Source of the DNA: Antedon mediterranea
Lineage: Eukaryota; Animalia; Echinodermata
Length of the DNA: 64,000 nucleotides
NCBI RefSeq assembly: GCF_964355755.1
Contig: NC_092678.1
Location: forward strand, 3,860,422-3,924,421
Reading direction: 5' to 3'
A program made the translations under genes and the position numbers. Below are positions 40,700 to 53,200 of this stretch, piece by piece (position 1 is the stretch's first letter; each line of letters opens with the position of its first letter). The notes below the pieces were generated by a model. The model did no database searches and had not been told where the DNA came from. It saw nothing but the letters and a program-made list of their open reading frames with translations.

Positions 40700-41076
40700 T
40701 AAAATTAGCCCTACCTTAGCCAAGCAAGATTTAAGCACACTTAAAAACATGTTTATTAAACATTATGGAGCTTTTTATAAGTATTTTGTTGCAATTTTTC
40801 ACTCCCAATCACCAAAAAAAAAACAAGGAATGTTGAAAATTCGCGCACATGAGTGGTGGCGCTATTGATGTGTTGCTTATAAAACTATTTAATATTAAAT
40901 TAAAGGTAGTATTGTATTTTCTACAATGATATTTAAAACACAGTTAATATAAATTAAGTATTGCAAAATATTTAATATAGAAATAATATGATATATAGTG
41001 TTTTTATATTAATAGATATCAAAGAACTCTTATAGCTTTTGTGAGCGAGGCGAAAGTGAGGTGGGGATAAAACAAC
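40700..41076. promoter_or_regulatory. Putative bidirectional promoter between the ZZ/EF-hand gene and NDUFA5
   Basis: Divergent start codons only ~870 bp apart. The ZZ/EF gene has an acceptor immediately before its ATG, so its start site lies in this interval. CpG-containing patches at ~40840-40865 and ~41040-41060. Confidence 0.6.
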
Positions 41077-41097
41077 ATGGCGGGTGTAGTCAAAAAG
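41077..41097 (+). CDS. NDUFA5: NDUFA5 exon 1
   Basis: aacATGGCG context, MAGVVKK, GT donor. Confidence 0.9.
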
Positions 41098-42800
41098 GTG
41101 TCAAACATTTTTTAATTAAAAATATATGTTTAATGCTATAATTTAGAAAATGTAATGTCTTGTCATTTTGTATTATTTATATATGTCACTGTTAAAGATT
41201 ATTGAATAATAGGCAAGGCCTTCTTAGTCTATAATTTCAGTTCTCCTAGCTAGGCCTAGCTAGTAGGCCTAACGATATTTTACAATACTGAGTCTGAGTG
41301 AGGGGTTATCAGGCGCGATTAGTTATATTTTTATGCGAGAGGTCAGGCGAACTGGGCCTAGCTTTTTTTTTTAATACCAAGCAAGTTATAGGTGTAACTG
41401 CAAAACCTTCATTTTATTATTTTAGGTTTAGACCCCTAATTATAAATATTAATTAGAATAGTACAGTAATTAATGAGTAAATGAATATGAAAAAAATAAT
41501 AAAAATGCAAAATACATACATACATATATACATTTGAGCCTAAATAATTTGAGGTTGTTTTTATTATATCCACAGACAACTGGACTTGTTGGTCTTGCTG
41601 TTCGTGCAAAACCACATGATGTAAGTTAACAAAGCATAATGCAACAAAATCAAAAGAGTCAATACATATCATTGTTTTATTTACCTATTAGTATTATGGT
41701 GTTTTTGTTTACTAATAAATAGGCACTGAAAGGCATATACAAGAAGGTACTGGGTGTGGTGGCCAACATGCCAGAAGATGCAGCCTACAGACAGTATACA
41801 GAAGAAATCGTCAATGAACGTTTAGGTTATATAAATACAGTTAGTATAATATCTTTTTCGCCTATTTATCATAAGTGGGTTACCATTTCTGGATTCTACA
41901 ATTCCAATTTAATATAAAACTTACAACTGCCCATAACGGCATCACCTCTATGTTAGTCTTAAGTGCAACACAAAAAAACTTCCCAGAATTTGTTTTTAAA
42001 TATGAAAGTTAATTAACTTATCTTTTCTAGGAACCAGATATTAGTAAATTAGAAAGCAAGATTGATTGTGGACAAATAGAAGAAGTTGTTTTACAGGTAA
42101 TAATTTCTTATGAATGAATACTTTACATCTTTGTTTAATATTTGTTAAACATTTATCTTACAGTACAAGCTTTGTTGTTAAAATACTTCTTTCGGACCAG
42201 GGTTGTAGGGTGTCATTCTTTCTAATGGTTTAATCACTTAAATTAAGAAATAGATATATTAAGTATTCATTTGGGACATGGCAAAGAAGATTAAATTAAG
42301 GAGTCTGTAATTGGATAGAGAATTGTTCTTATTATATAGAGTACTTTTTTTTAAAGATAGTATAATAAACGAGCCGTACAAATGATCAGGGACTCTGCCG
42401 GGAGTATTTTATTTCTCAGTTTCTTTCGAGTCTAATTACTTAGTCCAATTAACTATAATTATATAACAAAGGAAAGGATATGTTCACCTTCTGCCTGTTG
42501 CAATGCACCACAAAATGTGTAAAGTGAATAGATTGGCGCCCTCTTTATTTATGCAATATGCCTTTGCGTGTGTATCTGTAAGTATTATTAGAAAAACACA
42601 ATGTTAGTGAGTTTAATAAGATAACAGAATTACCAATTACGTGTGTTGGTTTCCTATTCACAAACTTTCAAATAAAATTACAATATCTTCTAATTTTCTA
42701 GGCCCAAGCTGAATTATCGTTGGCTCGTAAAATGCTGGAATGGAAGGCATGGGAACCATTGATAGAAGATGCTCCTGAAGGACAATGGAAGTGGCCATGA
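41077..42800 (+). CDS. NDUFA5: NADH dehydrogenase [ubiquinone] 1 alpha subcomplex subunit 5 (115 aa, 5 exons)
   Basis: join(41077-41097, 41576-41620, 41723-41839, 42031-42096, 42702-42800): MAGVVKK|[15 protein letters not shown]|[39 protein letters not shown]|[22 protein letters not shown]|[38 protein letters not shown] at ~42994. Confidence 0.97.
41576..41620 (+). CDS. NDUFA5: NDUFA5 exon 2
   Basis: [15 protein letters not shown]; cag/GTAAGT. Confidence 0.95.
41723..41839 (+). CDS. NDUFA5: NDUFA5 exon 3
   Basis: ALKGIY...[24 protein letters not shown]. Confidence 0.95.
42031..42096 (+). CDS. NDUFA5: NDUFA5 exon 4
   Basis: [22 protein letters not shown]. Confidence 0.95.
42702..42800 (+). 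CDS. NDUFA5: NDUFA5 exon 5 (stop)
   Basis: [32 protein letters not shown]. Confidence 0.95.
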   Translation, partial: AQAELSLARKMLEWKAWEPLIEDAPEGQWKWP

Positions 42801-45800
42801 ATACACCCTATACTCAAATGGAATAGCCTTTACCTGCCTGTGTTAATAACGGTCCGAATGTCTAATTGCCAATATTTGGTTAAATTAATGAGAAAGGTTT
42901 AAGATAATTATTTAGCAAAGATAATAAACTACTGAGTTTCGTCCAGTTAAAATCAAAGTTTATGAAGTGGAGTTTGTTTATTGTGTTTTGAAAAATAAAC
43001 ATGAACAAAATATAAAAGTTGAGTGTTCTTTATTCCTTTATTTTTAATACAAATTGTTGCTGTTTGATTTTTGAAAGAAAATGAGCTACTACTCTACAAT
43101 ACAAACAAAACAAAATTAAAGATTCAAAATTAATTCACCTAACAATGAATTCGATATTTATTAGCAAAGAAAGAGTGATGGCGAAGGTAGTTTTATAAAA
43201 CAAATAGCATTATATCATGGAGCTATCATATTGCCTAATTTTTCGCGACAAGTTGTCATAAAAACATATTTTTAACTTTTCTCTATGTAATTGAATTATG
43301 TATTAAGGAAATCTATGTAAACACGGATCTCAAACGTAATAATCTGCTATTCAGTAAACAAGTACTGAAGCTTAATATTACTAATAAAAGAAGATTACGA
43401 CATTTACTCGTGATATAACGCGCGAGAATGAAACACTGATATGTCGACATAACTAATTGACGGTGCGCGCGTCCGATACACATAACTAACTTGACGCGCG
43501 CGTTTAAATTCTGATAACACCTGTTTCGATGATATCGTGACAAATGCTATATAGTTATTAACATATCAATTTAAATACGTCATGTGTATGAGACTATATT
43601 AATAGGAAATCGAATTCTTTGGAGTTTAAATCAAGTTTTTAAAACGGTTCAAATTGAACATATTAGTATTTATTGAATTAAGTATCGAATTATTGAAATG
43701 CGAACGAGAAAGCTAACCCAATTAGCCTTCTAATTTGATTTCATTACAAAAACTGAGATAGTCATTTTCGTGAGAAAGACCCATTGGAGAGATAGTGCAT
43801 TAAGTTATTAAATAGAAGGGCTAATTTTGTTGGCTTGAAACTTGCCTTGCTTGTTCCTCACAAGCAATAATATAAAACACAATGGAAAGAACAAATGATA
43901 AACTAAAACACGGTCAATATGATAACATTTATCAAATAATGAAAGTGCATAGGCCTACTGTATTAAAAATAAGATAGAATGCAACAAATAGGCCTAACTT
44001 CGACGTAAGAAATACATTATTAGCCTAAACTGAAATTGGTACGGTGAAAGATGACGTCGTTTTAGTGAAAATCAATAACTAATTTAACAAGACATCGTGT
44101 TTGTAGGTCATTAATACTGTAAACATATTTGGTCATTCATTTACCCTTTCCAAGGAGAAAAATAAATGCATTTAGGTCGTTGTTTTTGAACATTATTTAT
44201 GCCTAATTGCATCCGTAATGGGGTTGAACTAAAGGTATCCATGTAGTCTACAACAAATTAGTTTAATTTGGCAACAATGTCTCTAGACGCTTCTCATCCG
44301 GGTACATTCAACTCGTGATAATGACGTTTGTTTGTTTAGGCTGTGGATTTCTACGTAAAGTCAGAAAATAGATTATAACCAATTATACCTGGAAAATCCA
44401 TGTTTCCTTATATACCGTTTCTTTAACTTTTAACAGTAGCTATAAAATAAATAGCTGCTTTGGTGTGGACACACACCCCCCTAAAGTGATTATTGTTTGC
44501 CAAACATGTAAGAATTCTTTTCAAACGTATGATTATGAACAGTAGCAACCGCATGACGATACAATAAACTAGGCCTATAGGTTAGCTTAAAATATTATAG
44601 CCTACTTATAATACTGTTTTGGATAATTGTGCTTATAACCAAAGTATTAGCGTGATTATGTTATTAACAAATGTCCTCTTGTAGCAAGAGGGGATTTACA
44701 CTTCCTGATTGGTTGATTGTTTTCACCTGTTGATTTTAATTTGATTTTAATATCGTATGAGCACTCTTTGCAAAAGTGACAGAAAACTATGGAAACGAAC
44801 TCTGCACAATCTTGTAAAATTTCGTGTTCTAATATTTGAGAAAAGTTCGAAACTAACACTTTAAGCCAACTACAGCAACATTTAGAAATACAAAATTTTG
44901 GAAAAAAGAAGTTTAGTGTCACTTTTAATATCAATAAAAAAAAAACAAATCTCAGCAGGCTAAGTTTGTAATCGGGATTCAATCATAAGCAAATCAAGCA
45001 ACACTAATCTTATAAGTAAAAGTTATCTTCGTCACCTGTTGGTTTGTGATGTGAAATGGTTTCAATTTGTCTACTTTTAAAATGTAACTATTTTTAGAAT
45101 GTAATGTTCTAAATTATTTTATAATTTTGCTTTTACAAGAAGGACTTCTGGGTTGTCCCAATTCATTGATGTATGTAACAAATACTATCTATTTTTAGAC
45201 AGATTATTGAGGTGGGGGAGTGGAGGTGGGTAAGGATTTCCTTCCCCGTCTACAGGTCAATTATAACTTGTATGATATTACCGGTTTAAACCTGTTCTAT
45301 GCAGAAGAAAACATAGAATAGATGTAGGCCTACCAGTTAATTCAGGTAACGATTCACATGTAACGAGTGAAAGACGAACACAAACGGTTAATGCAACACG
45401 TTTTCAGACACTAGTTGGATAAGATGATATCATGCGTCTATTCCATTCTTCATTAAGAGTAAGCACAAAATCCCATAGGAGAAATCATCTAGTATGATGC
45501 AAGCAAGAAATCAATAATATTACAACTGCTATGGCATCAAAGATTGCAACGAGTGGAGGTGTGAAATACAAACAGAATACTACTCAGGCTATCCTACAGA
45601 ATGTTTCATTAACAACATTGTACATGCATAAATGAACATGTTTTCGCGCCCTTTTAGCAAACTCGATATAGGCCTATGTTTAAATGACATTATAACATCG
45701 TGCGTGACGAACGTTTTGCGTACAATGTGCAATTGTTTCTATACATGTGTTTTTGGTGAAATTAGTTTGTGATCAATTAATTAATTTGTCACCAGTTCTT

Positions 45801-48800
45801 TTTTTCCAAATTTAACCGTGTCCTAAAATGTAGGACACTTCTTAAGTAAGTTGCTATTTCGGTGGCCATCTAAATGCCTACTACCCTTATTATCAAGAGT
45901 TAACTATCTTGTTGATTAACAAGGATGACTATAATGAGAACGTACGTTTTAGTTATAGGTAAACAATTTGGAATTAGAAATATCAATTTTGGCTACCTAA
46001 GGATGTTTAGCCTTGATATCGAGAACATAAATGCTGTTCGGAAATTGCTTAAATGCAAAGCACATTTCAGGGACAAAATGGTTTCAAATTATGTTATTTT
46101 TAATAACAGTTCTTCCTAATTAGTTTAAGTAGTAACAACATTCTAAAATTAGTTTTCAACACAATACCTTAAAACCAGAGTCAAGATTTGAAAGACTACC
46201 TACCGTATAAATCCTTTATTATTATTTCAAATAATTCTCTTATTTTGTATTTCTTCAGTCGTTACAACCTATCGCATGTTATTGTTTGTTCACTAAACCT
46301 CACCTGGCTTTTATGCTAATTAGTAGACACAGTATGGTATGTCTTTGTCCGTGCAAGTATGTGGTTTCTCCAAGAGGTGGCGCTTACTGCAAGATGGAAT
46401 GCATGGTACAAGTCGAGCAAGTTATTTGGTCCAATCGTCTAAAACTTAATACCGTAAATCTTCTGAGTGATTTATACAAATAATGGGTATTTCAGTAAAT
46501 GATGAAATTGATAACCATGATTTAATTGGCAATAGCACTATCGGAAATAGTTTATAAGTTAACAGATGAATAATTAATTTGATAATTAATAAGCAACAAG
46601 CAAAGTAGATATAATGCATCAGACCATACCTTCAAGATCAGACCAATCAATGTGAAAGTACATACATTTCAGCTACATCATCAAAATACTCAAAAAAAGT
46701 TAAACAAATGAACCACAATATGAAAATAATGTTTCTTTTAATTTATTAAAATTTCCACTTATCTTAATGTAAACTTGTGTAAACAACACAACTCCTTTTT
46801 CTTTGGCATTCCTAAGTAAGGCACATTTTTTGAAAAAGTTGTTTATAGTTAGAGAAACAACACAAAGTTGTTCTAACAAAAATAAATTAATTAGCGAACA
46901 AAAACGAAAAATAAGTTTGCATTGAGGGCACGGAACAAATCATACAACAGTATCAATTTGAAGAGATAGCATTAGAAGCAATATGAATCTGCGCTCAACA
47001 CAACCCATATCATTTGCTCTATAAGGAACAACATATATTGCAATTCATACTAAAAAAATAAAATGATTATAGCTGAATTAGTAATATTAAATATAAATTG
47101 GCAATATAATGTAATTTTCAATTTTACATTTACACTTTAAAGATGTTTTTGATTATCTCATCTTTTTCAATTTACGAATTAGAGAACTTTGTTTTGTTAA
47201 AGTAACCTATATATCTAATATTTCAGAATCAAAGGATTGGATGTTTCATAACAAGACTTAGTTTTCATACGTATTTGTATAAACTTGTTAAAATAATGAA
47301 CCAACAAGTTCACTACATATTTTATTGAGTTGCTGTTAAATCTTTACATCTTGTCCATACTCTATACCATACCATTGAGAGTATCAAATGATACATATAT
47401 TTTTGCTTAATGGAAGAGCTGTCCCTTTGAATAATGATTGCAATATAGGCAATAATCATATTAATATAAAATACATCAAATATTATAATCTACAAAAATA
47501 GTAGTTATAACATTAATAATAACGATGTGGTAATGATAAACATTAATTAATTATGTGCTTAAATACAAAATTTCATTTCAATAGTAGTATGTGCATTTAC
47601 ACAGAACACCTTTACAGTTTACAAATGCTATTAATAATTAGCTCATTGTAGTGTGAATATCAACATTTAAATGTGTATAAATTGTCAACTGCATAGAATA
47701 CATAATAAAGGGCCATTGTCCAACGTTTGGACAATCATTATCAATTAGTACTGTATTTCATATTCAAACTTCTACTGTAAATATTGTAATATTGAATATT
47801 GAATATTAAATTGGTTTGGGGTATTTTTGTAGTGGAAACAATAGAATGATACTACACATTTAGAAATATTTCAGGTAAAAAAGTCTTTGAAGTTTTGAGT
47901 ATCGCATTTAAACTCTGTATTGATTTAATAAAATGTCCACACCAAAAATAGCAGATAGACATCAGCTTATGTGCATTTAATTGGAACTGAGTTATCAATG
48001 GATAATAAACCTGGCAGGCTGTCCATCACAAGATATTTCCATCTATACAATGAGGTACAAACCTCCAAAGTTATGGTAGAAAAGGAAGAACGCTGCCAAC
48101 TACATCAGGTTGGCGATATCAAATGCTTTAATTATAGCATATTGCACAAACATAAACTAAACCAAATGACATTGAGTAAGGTGGGTAAATTAAAATGTTT
48201 ACATAACAAAGCAAAAATAAAAATACTGTAAAATTATGATAAAAAAATTTTAACATTATGAAAATGATACTTTTCCTCACATAATATACATTATAAATAA
48301 CATTGCATATGAACACCTTCCTCCCAATAGAATTTATAATATTTTATGTTAATAATGTATATTAATGATAGGAATCAAGATCAAGTGAAAATGTCTATTT
48401 GTTCAATCTCAAATGTGGTAGTCAATATTTAACATCAACATCGGCATGACAAATGATGTGTAAAAATAGAACATTTGTTACCATAGTACAATAACAATAT
48501 GTTAAAATTCATTATATTTTGGCGCCAAATTATCTTGAGAAACAGACAATCATACTAAAATATAATTGCCTCAGTACAGACATACAGGTTCCACACAAGA
48601 TAGCTAGTTACTATCTTTGTATTTTGTGCATTTAAATATTTAAATGTTTCATTTGTTAGTAATAACATGAATGAGTAATAGGAAGAAAGATTGCTACAAA
48701 TCAGTTCAATTTGAAATTTAGATTTCAGGAAACGATATACACTTGTTGCATTTATAGAATATTGCGACAGACAAACATGATATCGTAAGGTATTACGAAG

Positions 48801-48838
48801 CACCATTTTACACATTAAAGAATCGCTGATCTAAAATA

Positions 48839-49002
48839 CAGTCAACTCTCATAATACCAGAGTTTCTGAAAACTGGAACTTTCCCCACTACACAAGATTT
48901 TTTTTAGGTGTGAAAATGTTACCAATTGAAACGCATTCAGAATACCAGACTTTCTAGAAAACCAGACAGCCAAAGGGTGTCCAGTGTTGAGAGAGTTTAC
49001 TG
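48839..49002. mobile_element. Tc1/mariner (pogo-like) MITE
   Basis: TA|CAGTCAACTCTC...GAGAGTTTACTG|TA: CAGT termini with TA target duplication. Confidence 0.75.
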
Positions 49003-49814
49003 TATAATAATCTGTTTGAACTTGCTCAAAAGGCTACACACGTCAATTAATATTATCTCTAAACTGCTATAACACAAATTTTGGAAAACAAAAATGAAAT
49101 ATCATTTGAAAAAGAGCTGTTTTGAAACACATTATAGCAAATTCTGATTAAATTTCATCTTAAAAAGTCTTTTTAAGGTAATTATCTGATAAAATTTCAT
49201 TGAATTACATTTCTTAATTGCTTACTTTTTGAAAGAAGTAAATTATTTTTTATCAAATTACAACGTTATACCTCAAGAAATACTAAATTGCTTTCAACGA
49301 ACAAAGGAAATACATAATTTTACTTGGATGAATGATTTAGTTTCAATTTGTGCCACACGGCTGCGTCATTTAATCTTGTGACTGTGGTTCTTTGCAATTA
49401 AATTTATATTATTGTGAGGTATAATTTATCTGACATTTTTGTACGTTTTATAATTCATGTGACAGAAGCATCCAGGTATAAATTCGTTTCAGATTGAAAA
49501 TTTGGAAAGCTTTCAACTAATAATAAAGTTAATAATGCCAATAGTTGTTATCTTATTGAGTTATTGTACTGTGTAACGTTTTGAGCAAGTATCGAAAATA
49601 TAATGCAATAACACAATACAAAACCAAAATTATTACAAAATTATCATAAACAATAAAATTAACAATATCATTAACATAAAACAGAAACATTAATTGGTCT
49701 TAGTAAACAAAAAAAACCCCATATATTCCTACAATATAAAAACAGATACATACAATTTAATGTACAAAATTAATATACAAAATGTACACTTTTATATACA
49801 GCATGACTGTTGGT

Positions 49815-50206
49815 TTACATACAGACCCAGTCTTCGCTCACACGACATTCATGTCTATATTGTCTATTGCAATGTTGGCAATATGGATTGTTTGTTTTCT
49901 TTTTCTTCTTCTTCGCGTTAACAATCTTTGATTTACTTTTGTGCTCCCATATCCGCGTTTCTGGTTGAAAAGTGTCAGGGTTTAACTGAACTTCTAAAGC
50001 TTTTGCGTCAGGTTTGTCGCAAGCGGTTACTACGTCATATGGAGGAGGATGTACTGGCATTTCCTCGCATTCGTCCTTTTTGGTTAGTGCTGTAGTGCCT
50101 CCTGCACGATACCCTTTGCTGAGAACTACTTCTAGATAGCATGGTGGCAGGTCGCTATGAGCAATGGCTGCAGCCTCATCAAATGATGAACATCCACCAA
50201 TTGGTT
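49815..50206 (-). CDS. CUB/LDLa/EGF membrane protein exon 9 (cytoplasmic tail, stop)
   Basis: EPIGG...DLPPCYLEVV...HPPPYDVV...AKKKKKK...SEDWVCM*. Confidence 0.87.
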
Positions 50207-53200
50207 CTAAAAAGAGACAAAATAAAATAAGTTAATGAAAAACCTTTCTTTACTCGGGGGAAGCAAGCACACAGCATTTATATTTATTGCAGAGTTTCTT
50301 GTTGCAACCATAATAAACCTTTTGGAATTTCCCATACTGTATATATTTTGTACACACTACGCCATAGTTGCATTATGCAGTAATCTTTATCTAGTAATAT
50401 TAGCATATGCAGCATTTTAATGATATTCTTGTTGTGGAAATAATTTACTGAAGATTAATCAACTTAATTAATTAATGGGTGTGTCCTATAAAAATTGGTC
50501 AGGTTGAAAACGTGATGGGTGGCTGTAATAAACCACTTAACATAAAGTGGCGAACATTTGCTATTAATTAGTATGAAAACCTTTCAAGATGTGAAATTGT
50601 TTTATCATAAAAACAAGTGTTGAAATTATCAAAAACATGATTAAGAAAGACATCCTGTTTTCACAACATGCCAAAAACATTGCTGCTTCAATGCAACCAG
50701 TCTTGCAATATACATTCATGTCAAACCACAGTATACTTAAATGTTGGGTCAACAGAGTAACCAGGCTACTACCTGCAGCCATATAATATATTCTTGGAAT
50801 TAAAAGTTAAAAGAGCATAGTGTTGATTTATTGTCATACTTCATTTATGAATGATGAATATATGTAAAATCTGTTTATGTGTTGTAAAGTGTCAATTCTA
50901 TCCATCATGTACGGCCTTTGAAAAGTTTTTGAGAACTATTCTTTATCATGACTCAGTTACACTTGCGACAAATTAACCACTGTAAATAATGCATAGAAAT
51001 AAAAATTTAATTTACGAATATTGCGGCAATTTACGTTAAGTAGAAGCAATAACATGGCCGCCGTCACTCTTATAATAGTCTGTCACAGAAAGGAAACTAC
51101 TTAGCACACTTCTGTATGCAAGGTTAAAATATACAAAAAACTTTTTGTCAATTTATTTGTGAGCAGTTAATATATGTTGGTGTGCTGTAATTGGATATCT
51201 TTCTTTCCAAATGATAACATCTTTAAAATTTGTATTGTACTGGTCCCCGAGGATATGTATATCAATAGCTGCTGGAGCAGTTAATATATACTTTAAGATA
51301 TGCACAATATCAGACAATCATAATGTGTAATATAGATTTCTAATCTAAATGTTCATCAGTGTTGACAACAGAAGTTGAAATACTCGAATGATACAAAAGT
51401 CTTAAAAAAGACTAGTTTCTGACAGGAATAGGGGATCAGTACAGGGTGTACATTATACAAACATAAGCATTAAAATGAGAAAACCCACCCAACTTGAACA
51501 TAGAATATTGTACTTGATATGGCACTCTCAAAATTCGACCACTAGAATACTGTTTATATTTCTAAGTTACATACTGCACATTATGTTTTCAGTGTATTAA
51601 AAGCTTTCCTCACAATTAAACATATTCTCATCACTCATCTTACATTTATAATGAACATTTGGATCATGTTACAAGACATAATTACATAAAAGTATGTTTA
51701 TTATGCATTAATGTTCGTTTAATAAGAAATTGGATTTTGTGAATTTCCTTTCAGCTACATTTACAACATTATTACCAATACTTTGTTATGACTGTGTGAC
51801 CTGATCTTAATAGTATGGAGAATAGTCTTTGGTACCGAGTTTGGTGCAAGAATATTAGATGGGATTATATTCGGATTGCACTCAAAATAAATTGTGTCAA
51901 AATTTAGCCTGAATTAGTGGGTGAGATTATTATTGAGCACGGGGAAAATTCATCAGTCATACATGGTAATAAAATAAAGTTTGTACTTACCAACACTTAT
52001 CAACTGTGGAATACCATTTATGTCCCTTCCTGGTTGTGGTCCACGGATGTATGCAACACATGCCATGCATGATAACAGAAGCAGGAAGAAAATACACACG
52101 GCGCCACCAATAATTGCAGCAATGTTCGAGTAGGTATTTGTATAGTGTCCTACAAAAAAAAAATCACTGCATTGTAATCTCAAGTTTAGAAACTGTATTA
52201 TATTTAATGACATTTAAAAAAAAATCTAGAGTGTCTAATACATCTTTGGTGCTAGGACATCTTTTATGCAAAGTTTAAAGACGTTGAGAATGCAATGTTG
52301 AAAGATTATGTACAAAAATGTCCAATGTTTCTCAATGAGTTTGAAAATCATTCAACAACATAGAGTGAACATTTTTAGATTTACCGATGACAAACACAAT
52401 AGCTATTAAACTCCCCTGGGCAATAACAAGGGTCACACCATCCAGCTAAGGAGGAAACAACACTGGAAAGGTTCAGAACCGGTGTCATTTAACTTGCCTG
52501 GGAGCCCAGTGACCCCTGAAGAAAGGAAATTAAAATTACTTGCGAATTCAAATTTTAATTACAAGCCATCAACGACCGGTGAATAAATTGGACCAGTGGA
52601 ATTTTTCTGACCATGCTTGAATGACCATGTTAAGAATTTAAACTCAAGGGAAGCGGTTTGATCGTTATACCGGCCAAGACTGCGGTCATACTTGGATACA
52701 AAAACATGACTGATCAACGATTTCTATAGATCATAATAAATTTAATAAGAGGTTTTAATCGTTTACAATTAGTTAAACCGTGACTGTATGGAAACAATTC
52801 TACCTCATCATGCAAACAGGAAAGGTTTGAATTAGAAATAAAATGAAAGTTAGTGGTACGAGTTATTAAAGGTTATCAAAATATGATAATACATCATATC
52901 ACTTTTGATTATGGTTATGTTATGGTGTTAAAGATAACATGAAAAAGAAGGTTAATAACAAATACACAATAAAATCATGGCATAGAATTTGTACTTGTGT
53001 CAAAATATATATAGGGATCAAAAATAGGCATTAAAAGTCAAATATTGACATATTTTGCAGATAACATTATATACAATAGAGGCAGATCCAAGACTTGTAA
53101 AAAAGAGGGGTGTAGGAAAGTTGCAGAAAAAGGTGACGCTTTATAAAGTTTAATCGAACAATGCAACCAAATTTCTAAAACGGTATATAAGGAAAAAAGG

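Noticed and set aside
43205-43550. CpG-rich segment with weak tagcatt...aatgcta inverted ends
   Set aside because: The TIR is too short and imperfect, and there is no second copy in the window to confirm a MITE.
52390-52520. Acceptor-preceded segment in the intron between the EGF and TM exons (extra exon, or U1-like aacttgcctgg)
   Set aside because: The in-phase reading hits a stop and the U1 similarity is limited to a few bases; more likely a repeat remnant.
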